64,000 bases of DNA from the human T2T-CHM13v2.0 reference genome, Homo sapiens. The stretch is from the NCBI GenBank assembly GCA_009914755.4, contig CP068257.2, positions 42,656,001 to 42,720,000 of the forward strand, written 5' to 3'. A model generated the notes under the pieces. It saw nothing but the letters and a program-made list of their open reading frames with translations, made no database searches and was not told the DNA's origin. This document shows, one piece after another, positions 54,866-64,000 of the stretch. Position 1 is the stretch's first letter. Each line of letters begins with the position of its first letter. The position numbers were made by a program, and so were the translations under genes.

Positions 54866-57029
54866 TAACAAGGGTGGATTATTCATGAGTTTTATGGGAA
54901 AGGGGCGGGGATTTCCCAGAACTGATTTCCTCTTTCTTTCAGACCATACAGGGTATTTCTGATGTTGCCATGGCATCTGCCAACTGTCATGGTGCTGGTG
55001 GGAGTGTCTCTTACATGTTAATATGTTATAATTAGCGTGTAATGGGCAGCGAGGATAACCAGAGCCCACTTTCGTCGCCATCTTGGTTTTGGTGGGTTTT
55101 ACCCAGTGTCTTGCACCCTGTTTTATCAGCAGGGTCTTTGTGACCTGTGTCTTCTGCCGACCTCTTGTCTCATCCTGTGACTTAGAATGCCTTAACCGTC
55201 TGGGAAGGCAGCCCAGCAGGTTTCAGCCTCATTTCACCCAGCGCCTATTCAAGATGGGACTCACTCTGGTTTGAACGCCGCTGACACCCTGACCTGCTGT
55301 GTCCTGAGAAGCCTAGGTGAGGCCCCGTGGGTCTGGGGCCTCTGCCGGTCGGCTCTGCGTGCTTCTCACATGGAAGTGGAAACCCTTGGGGCAGCAGGGC
55401 CCAGAGAGGAAGGGGTGCTGACCTGGATCAGCTGTAAGCAGGACAGACTTGCTTCTGGAGGTCCCCAAAGCCTTCCCCCATGCTCAGGGGTTTGCTAGGA
55501 CTCACAGCTGTGCACACAGCTAAGGTTTATCATGGTGAAGGCCTACGTGATGGGCTTGGCAAGGGAGAAAGACACAGGCCGAGTCTGGAGAATCTGAGGG
55601 CAGGCTGCTGCGGCTCTCCTGTGCAGGCGCCATGCATGCTCCTTCCTCCAGCCGAGAAGCACGTGGCCACCTGCAAAGCCCATTCGAGGCTCAGAGCCCA
55701 GGGCGTGCATCCTGCGCTGGCCACGTGGGCCCCTCTGCATGGCAACCACCCAAATTCCAGACTCCCAGCAGGAAAGCAGCTGTTCAGCACAAACCCATTG
55801 CAGGAACAGTCCAGGCCCGGCAAAGCACTCCTAGCAGTCAGGGGACGGAGAGACGCTCCAAAAGCCCCGTTCCCAGACACCACCTTGAAAGCAGGCCCCT
55901 CTGAGAAGGCAACCTGAGATCTGCTGCACCGAGTCTGTCCCGCACAGAAGCCTCTCTCATCTCACCGACCACGGTGGTCACTGCAGCAGGATGGGAAGAG
56001 GGACCAGGTGTGTTCCTGGCTGTTCCTTCCTGAGGAGTGGATGGAATGTCCCTCCTTCTTGTGGAAAGACCAGGGCGGAACGAGTGGTGAGCATCGTCTG
56101 CCACAAACACAGCTTTTGAAGCAGATTTATTTACACCACGTACATGTTTCCATTAAGCATGGTAGGGTCTTCCTACCCCACTCGTCCAGACCTGGAGCCC
56201 CTCGACACCCGCCCGGGTAATCCCACTGCTTAGCCCCACGTCCTGGTAACCCTCCTCAGCTCTGCACAGACTCGTCTCATTTCCGTGTCTGCTGTGGCCA
56301 CCCTGGTCCAGACCTTTGTGCTCACATTTTGCCACCATGGATCTCATGACCTTGGGCAGATGACTTCTCTTCCCTGGGCCACCAATCCTCATCTGTGAAG
56401 CGCAGAGACTGGAGGGGATGCCTCAGAATTCACGCGCACATGCGGTGGGGGTGGGGAGGCAGGGAGCCCCCCCTTGGGTGGCAGGAAGGAGCCCAGGTAG
56501 GAGAGAATACACCTCCAAGAGCTCTCATTTCCCGTGGGGTGCCGGGGGTGGTGTCCCCTTTACGCCTATCTGGGCCGAGTTCCGAGCGAGCTCTCCGGCG
56601 ATGTAATTTCTGGATCAGTGGCCGCAATGCAGTTTCCAGCATCACATCAGGCTTGCAAACGCCATGCAGGTTCAAGTTCCAATCTCATCAGAGGTGATCG
56701 TTCAAGGACAAGAGGGACAGGAGGTAGCTTGTGATAGGCTGTTAGGAACATACAAGGACATTTGGGGCAGCATTGGAGCAAGACGGGAGAGCTCAGGTCC
56801 TTGTCTAGGGAACTCCTTTCCCCACCTCCGACCCAGGTCTCTCATCCATAAACAGTGGAGGTCACATTGTGTCCGGAGTTGGTTCCTTCCCGGGGGTCTT
56901 GGTCTCCCTGACTTCAAGAATGAAGCCGGGGACCTTCGCGGTGAGTGTTACAGCTCTTGAAGATGGCAGGGACCCAAAGAGTGAGCAGCAGCAAGATATA
57001 TTGTGAAGAGCGAAAGAACAAAGACTCCT

Positions 57030-57560
57030 CAGCGTGAAAGGGGACCCGAGCGGTTTGCCGCTGCTGGCTGGAGGGGTGGCCAGCTTTTATTCCCTTATTT
57101 GTCCGCGCCCGTGTCCTGCTGATTGGTCCATTTTACAGAGCGTTGATTGGTCCATTTTACAGAGACCTGCTTGGTCCATTTTACAGTGTGCTGATTGGTC
57201 CATTTTACAGAGCACTGCTTGGTCCATTTTACAGTGTGCTGATTGGTCCATTTTACAGAGCACTGCTTGGTCCATTTTACAGTGTGCTGATTGGTCCATT
57301 TTACAGAGCACGGCTTGGTCCATTTTACAGTGTGCGGATTGGTCCATTTTACAGAGCACCAATTGGTCCATTTTATGGTGTGCTGATTGGCGCATTTTAC
57401 AATCCTCTTGTAAGACAGAAAATTTCTCCAAGTCCGCACCCAACCCAGAAGTCTAGCTGGCTTCACCTCTCAACATCAGGTGCTCGCAAGATCCCTGCAA
57501 GTCTGAAGTGCCTTGAGCGTGACCTTAGGGGTTTGTACGGATTTGGATTTGTAGGGTGCA
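57030..57560 (+). mobile_element. ERV9/LTR12-like LTR (U3 with about 10 tandem 30-bp CCAAT-containing subrepeats) in TRPM2 intron 3, sense to TRPM2
   Basis: (c/g)tgattggtccattttacagagc is repeated at 57115-57400 and followed by gcattttacaatcctcttgtaagacagaaaatttctccaagtccgcacccaacccagaagtctagctggcttcacctctca, which resembles the LTR12 U3/R region. Confidence 0.55.
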
Positions 57561-57612
57561 CATCCGGGAGGAATTATTTTTCCCATTTTAATGATTGAGA
57601 AACTGAGTGTAG

Positions 57613-58195
<583 letters not shown>

Positions 58196-58569
58196 TTCTA
58201 GGTTATTTGTTACCAGCAAAAAATTGGAATCTAAAAATATGGTGGATTTCCAATTAAACAAGTTACAAAGAACACATAAATTTATCTCTTCTTGCCCTGA
58301 AACACCAATGAATTGCAGTAAAGCAAAAAAAGACTTCAACCCACAAAGAAAAAAGAGGGAAGTTAGCAGTTGAAGAAAGAGATTGCCGCATTCTTGCCAG
58401 AGGAAGGGGAGGAGGCAGAGTAGCAGGTCCTGAAGGCTGGCGACTCGGGCAGCTCCTGCCGTCCCCAGGCGAGGGGAGGAGGTGGGAGACCTTGGGCGAG
58501 GTGCTAGCCCCATGTCATCTGCTTGGAGCCTCCATTTGTGTGTGCTTTTAACTTTTTATTTTGAAATAA

Positions 58570-59005
<436 letters not shown>

Positions 59006-59295
59006 TATGTCATTTTTCACATGTGTATTTGTGTAACTACCACCGTGGTCAAGATACAGCACTGTCCATCTCCACCGAGCTCTTCCTGTACTTCCTCCGT
59101 ATGGTCAGCTCACCTTCTCCCCCATCATCCCTGATCCCTGCAACCACCAGTCTTTCTTCATGCCTATCATTGTGTCATTTCAAGGATGTTACGTCAATGG
59201 AATCATACGCTACATGACCCGTGTCTTTTTCCCTCAGCACAGCGCACTTGATATCCATCCAAGTTGCTGCTTGTGTCAATATTATTATTATTATT

Positions 59296-59562
59296 ATTTT
59301 TGATATGGAGTCTCATTCTCTGGAGTGCAATGGCACGATCTCAGCTTACTGCAACCTCCGCCTCCCGGCAACTGGGAGTAGCTGGGACTACAGGCATGCG
59401 CCACCACGCCTGGCTAATTTTTGTATTTTCAGTAGAGACAGGGCTTCACCATGTTGTCCAGGATGGCTTTGAACTCCTGACCTCAAATGATCCACTCGCC
59501 TTGGCCTCCCACAGTGCTGGGATTACAGGTGTGAGCTACCACACTCGGCCTTGTGTCAACAT
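59296..59562 (-). mobile_element. Alu SINE (antisense, 5'-truncated)
   Basis: gatatggagtctcattctctggagtgcaatggcacgatctcagcttactgcaacctccgcctcc ... gattacaggtgtgagctaccacactcggcc. Confidence 0.85.
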
Positions 59563-59855
59563 TATTTAACTGCTGAATATTCCTTTCCCTTTCGCCTTGC
59601 CTGTGTCATTACACTTCAAGTGAGATTTTGGTAGACGTCAAATAATTGGGTCCTATTTTTTTAAATACATTCTGTCAATCTGTTTTTTAATTGTCATATT
59701 TAGAAAATTTATATTTAGTGTAATTATTGGTATGTTAGGGCTTATGTCTGCCATTTTATTTTTTGTTTTCTGTTTGTTCTGTGTTTTTTTTTTGCCTTCT
59801 TGTGGGTTACTTGAACATTTTTTAGAATTCTATTTTGATTATTCATACTATTTTT

Positions 59856-60142
59856 GTTTTTTGGAGACAGAGTCTCACTCTGTTGCCCAGGCTGGAGTGC
59901 AGTGGCACGATCTCGGCTCATTACACCCTCCACCTCGCTGGGCTCAGGTGATCCTCCCACCTCAGTCTCCTGAATAGCTGGGACTACAGGCATGCACCAC
60001 CATGCCCGGTTAATTTTTGTATTTTTGGTAGAGACAAGGTTTGGCCATGTTGGCCAGGCTGGTCTCAAGCTCCTGAGCTCAAGCAATCTGCCCACCTTGG
60101 CCTCCCAAAGTGTTCGGATTACAGGCGTGAGCCACTGCTTAC
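59856..60142 (-). mobile_element. Alu SINE (antisense)
   Basis: ttttggagacagagtctcactctgttgcccaggctggagtgcagtggcacgatc ... gattacaggcgtgagccactgc. Confidence 0.9.
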
Positions 60143-60360
60143 ACCATACTATTTTTGAGTGTATCTTCTTGTATCACTTTTTCTTAAAGGGGTTGCTCTA
60201 GATAGTATATTATATAATACAGCTTATCACAATCTGCTGATGTTGACATTTTACCAGTTTGAGTGAAATATAGAAACATTATCTCCTTTTACATCTCTGT
60301 CCCCTTCTTAATCTATAATATAATTGCTTGAAATATTTCTTCTACATATATTGAAATGAG

Positions 60361-60700
60361 GGCCGGGCATGGTGGCTTAAGCCTGTAATCCCAGCACTTT
60401 GGGAAGCTGAGGTGGGCGGATCACGAGGTCAGGAGATGGAGACCATCCTGGCTAACACGGTGAAACCCCGTCTCTACTAAAAATACAAAAAAAAAAAAAA
60501 AAAAAAAAAAAAAGCCAGATGTGGTGATGGCCGCCTGTGGTCGCAGCTACTTGGGAGGTTGAGGTGGGAGAGTGGCGTGAACCTGGGAGGCGGAGCTTGC
60601 AGTGAGCAGAGATCGGCGCCACTGCACTCTAGCCTGGGTGACAGAGCGAGATTCCATTTCAAGAAAAAAAAGAAAGAAAGAAAGAAAACCATGTCAGATA
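60361..60700 (+). mobile_element. Alu SINE with a 33-nt internal A-rich linker and an (AAAG)n tail
   Basis: gggccgggcatggtggcttaagcctgtaatcccagcactttgggaagctgagg ... a(31) ... gagcgagattccatttcaagaaaaaaaagaaagaaagaaag. Confidence 0.9.
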
Positions 60701-60823
60701 GTGTTATAATTTTTGCTTCAGCCATCAAACATCAGTTACGAAATTCAAGGGGTTACTCTTTTTGTTATTCTTTCTTCCTTTCAGATATTTCAAAATTCCT
60801 TTTCTTGTTTCCTTTCTGTTTAG

Positions 60824-61216
<393 letters not shown>

Positions 61217-61229
61217 GCCGCTTTTAAAA

Positions 61230-62255
61230 GTTTTTATTTGTTTTTAGTTTTTGGAAGTTTAACTGTTGTGTGTCTTGGCATGTATCTCTTTGGATTTATC
61301 CTGTCTGGTGTTCACTCAGATTGTAGCGTGTGTAGGTTTATGTCTTTTTTGTCAAATATGGGAAATTTTGGCCATGACTTCTTTACATACATTTTCAGGA
61401 TCACTGTCTTTTTCTTTTCCTTCTGGAACTCTGAGCATGAATGTATGATCTTTTGTTATAGTGCTGCAGGTCCCAGAGGTTTTGTTTACTTGTGTATTTT
61501 TTCTTTGTTGTTGTTTGTTTGTTTTCTCTCTGTTGTTCTTATTGGGCAATTTCTACTGTTATATCTTCCTGCTCCTGGGTTCTTTCCTCTGTCTCCTCCA
61601 TCCTGCTGTTAGGTCCATCCTTTGAGTTTTTTATTTCGTTACTGCATTTTTCAGCTCTAAAGTTTGCATTTGGTATATCTTCTCTTTTTTTACTGGAAAT
61701 TTATATTTTTTCATTTGTTTTGAGCATGTTCATGATTGCTTGTTGAAGCATTTCTAATGTGGCTGCTTTAAAATCATTTTCAGATAATTCTAACATCTGT
61801 GTCATCTTGGCGTTGGTGGCTGTTAGCTGTCTTTTTTCATCCTGGTTGAGATTTTCCTGTCTCTTGTTAAAACTAGTGATGTTTGATTGAAACCTTGATA
61901 GTTTAGATTTTATGTTAAGAGACTCAAGATCTTGAGTTTTAGCTGGTCCTCTTGACATGTCTATGGTGAAGGAAGGAGGTCCCCCCATCACTGCCCCACA
62001 AAGGGTGAAGTCTAAGCCCCCCTGTAGCCTCCACTGATCCACTGACACTTCCTGGGGAGGCTTCTTGTTACTGCTGAGGGTGAGAAGAGCTCCAGCCCAC
62101 CATTAGGCCTTTGCTGCCTCCCCCATGGCTGGAAGGGCAGGTGCTTTGTTTTTGCTGGGTGGGGGAAGGTTGCGGCTTTCCACTGGGCCTCCTCTGATGC
62201 CTTCACAGGGAGCAGGAAGGGCACCACACTCCCTGGGTGACTGGTGCTGTGTCTT
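61230..62255. mobile_element. Ancient, degenerate interspersed-repeat-derived sequence (family not identified) abutting the TRPM2 exon 4 acceptor
   Basis: Low-complexity T-rich sequence plus a decayed minus-strand ORF at 61701-62048 (...ENDFKAATLEMLQQAIMNMLKTNEKI) that looks like a transposon-protein remnant; its origin is uncertain. Confidence 0.3.
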
Positions 62256-62260
62256 TGCAG

Positions 62261-62429
62261 GAAGGTGGTGTGTCAGTGTGGCTACACGCATGAGCAGCAC
62301 TTGGAGGAGGCTACCAAGCCCCACACCTTCCAGGGCACACAGTGGGACCCAAAGAAACATGTCCAGGAGATGCCAACCGATGCCTTTGGCGACATCGTCT
62401 TCACGGGCCTGAGCCAGAAGGTGAAAAAG
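62261..62429 (+). CDS. TRPM2: TRPM2 exon 4 (KVVCQCGYTHEQHLEEATKPHTFQGTQWDPKKHVQEMPTDAFGDIVFTGLSQKVKK)
   Basis: Acceptor tgtctttgcag|GAAGGTG; donor AAAAAG|gttggt; 169 nt. Confidence 0.9.
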
Positions 62430-63112
62430 GTTGGTTTCCATCACTCTCGCTCTGAACTGTAGGTGGAGCTGCATGGCCCCACAGTGACACGCGGTGGTCG
62501 GCATTTCCTGGGGCAAGAGCAGGAGGCTGGCAAAACTCCAGGGTGCATAGAGCCCACTGCACAGCAAGGGAAGCGGCGGGGAGGGGCTCTGCAAGGCAAG
62601 CAAGACATGCACCCCACTCTCAGAGTGCTTGGCCATCTGCAAAGCAGGGTGGGGCACAGTGAGCTTTCTAGGAAGGTGCAAGCTGGGAGTGGTGAGTGAA
62701 TTCTGGCTGGGTGTCCTTGGGCGGCATTTGTCAGGGCCTGGGAGGGAGTAGGGAGGAAGGAGAGGGATGCAGGACACAGATGCGCTCAGGGTGTGCTGGG
62801 AGAATGGTAGGAAGGGTGTGGGGAGGGAGGGAAAAGCTGGGGGAAGGGGCCCAGGATAGCAGGGAGGCCCATGTGGCAAGTCTGGAAGCAAACGCCAGAG
62901 TCCTTGCGAGGAGTCTGGGCCAGGCATGGCGGGATCCAGGCTGAGCCTGGCCTGCAGGAGAGCGCTGTGAGGGTGCAGACTGCTGGAGGGAGGCCCAGGT
63001 GCAGGGTTAGGTTCTCTCGTGCACAACCTCACTGAGGTCCCTGGACCAGCCATCTCTGACCAATTCTCAGGCCCCATCCCAGGCCTGTGGAGTCAGAGGC
63101 TCAGCCCCTTGC

Positions 63113-63400
63113 ATGTTGACCAGCCTTCTGGAGGGTTCTGAGACTCGCGTGTTGACCAGCCTTCTGGAGGGTTCTGAGACTCGCGTGTTGACCAGCCTTC
63201 TGGAGGGTTCTGAGACTCGCGTGTTGACCAGCCTTCTGGAGGGTTCTGAGACTCGCGTGTTGACCAGCCTTCTGGAGGGTTCTGAGACTTGTGTGTTGAC
63301 CAGCCTTCTGGAGGTTCTGAGACTTGCGTGTTGACCAGCCTTCTGGAGGGTTCTGAGACTTGCATTTTGACCAGCCTTCTGGAGGGTTCTGAGACTTGAG
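63113..63400. repeat. 35-bp VNTR x about 9 in TRPM2 intron 4
   Basis: (ccagccttctggagggttctgagactcgcgtgttga)n; both strands give repetitive pseudo-ORFs. Confidence 0.9.
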
Positions 63401-64000
63401 TGTTGACCAGCCTTCTGGAGGGTTCTGAGACAGTGATTGGGTGCCACTGTCCTGGAGGTGGGGAGGGTGGCACTGATCTCTGTGCTGGCGTCTGGAGCCC
63501 TGAACTTGGTACCTGTCGAGTGTGACCTGTCCACTCAATGCATGGTGTTGCCATGAGGTGGCCAAAGAGGTTGAGTGGGGCAGGTCCCGGAGACGGGGTC
63601 ATGTGGCCCCAGGCTTCCTGGCTGGCACAGCCCCTGAGCCACCCTGTGTCACCATGACACGTGGGTGTTCTCCAGGCCCCTGGACCCCTCTGTCGCTGTG
63701 GTCACGGGGACAGTCCTGTTGTTGGGTTTCAGATGAGGGATTGAGGTATGGGGAGGCCCTACCTACCCTTTGTCTGACGCCACCGTGGCCGTGGCAGTGG
63801 TGGGTTTGAATCCAGCTGTGTCTGAGCCTGGGGTCTGGCTGCATCCCTCCCCCAACCCCCCGGCTTCTCCCAGCCCCCTCCCTGCAGCTGCCGACAGGGG
63901 CCGGTGGTGTGAGGGAGAAATGCCTGTGGCCTGACAGTGAGGGACGCCAGGGACACAGACCCTGTACTGCAGCAGGTCTGCCTCGAAGCCCGGGAGCGTC

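Noticed and set aside
57034-57598. ORFs encoding repeated DWSILQ / KWTNQHTV motifs
   Set aside because: They are translations of the LTR12-like 30-bp CCAAT subrepeat array, which is not coding.
61701-62048. 115-aa minus-strand ORF (...ENDFKAATLEMLQQAIMNMLKTNEKI) just upstream of TRPM2 exon 4
   Set aside because: It looks like a decayed transposable-element protein remnant with no splice context, embedded in a degenerate repeat. It is kept only as a low-confidence repeat annotation, not as a gene.
63067-63602. 155-169-aa ORFs with RRLVNTRVSEPS / PPEGWSTRESQN repeats
   Set aside because: They are translations of the 35-bp VNTR in TRPM2 intron 4.

Overview
This window is human genomic DNA. It is GC-rich, dense in Alu elements, and its spliced exons have GT/AG introns. 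The encoded proteins identify it as chromosome 21q22.3, covering the loci PFKL, CFAP410 (C21orf2) and TRPM2.

(1) PFKL, + strand. The window opens inside intron 1. Exons 2-22 are all present and were mapped base-by-base; they contribute 2,258 nt of CDS, which equals the 780-aa protein minus the 85 nt contributed by exon 1. The stop codon is at 24917-24919 and the AATAAA signal at 25389-25394.

(2) CFAP410/C21orf2, - strand, convergent with PFKL. All 7 coding exons are present and sum to exactly 771 nt (256 aa plus stop). They include a 19-nt microexon at 35743-35761 whose 5' splice site is tandemly duplicated. The ATG is at 37288.

(3) TRPM2, + strand. A CpG-island non-coding exon 1 ends at the donor at 48362. 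It is followed by three coding exons: the ATG exon at 51787-51952, then 52735-52823 and 62261-62429.

The 10-kb CFAP410-TRPM2 intergenic region and the TRPM2 introns are filled with the following repeats:
- Alu elements, about 20 in total.
- ERV LTR fragments.
- Two Alu elements, each disrupted by the same ~410-bp ERV9/LTR12-like insert at almost the same Alu position.
- A roughly 1.6-kb foldback element with long inverted terminal repeats.
- An LTR12-like element carrying CCAAT-box subrepeats, in sense orientation inside TRPM2 intron 3.
- Many GC-rich minisatellites.

I see no evidence of a novel coding system. The large listed ORFs that are not exons are translation artefacts of GC-rich or tandem-repeat DNA. 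The findings worth a second look concern splicing, repeat architecture and regulation.
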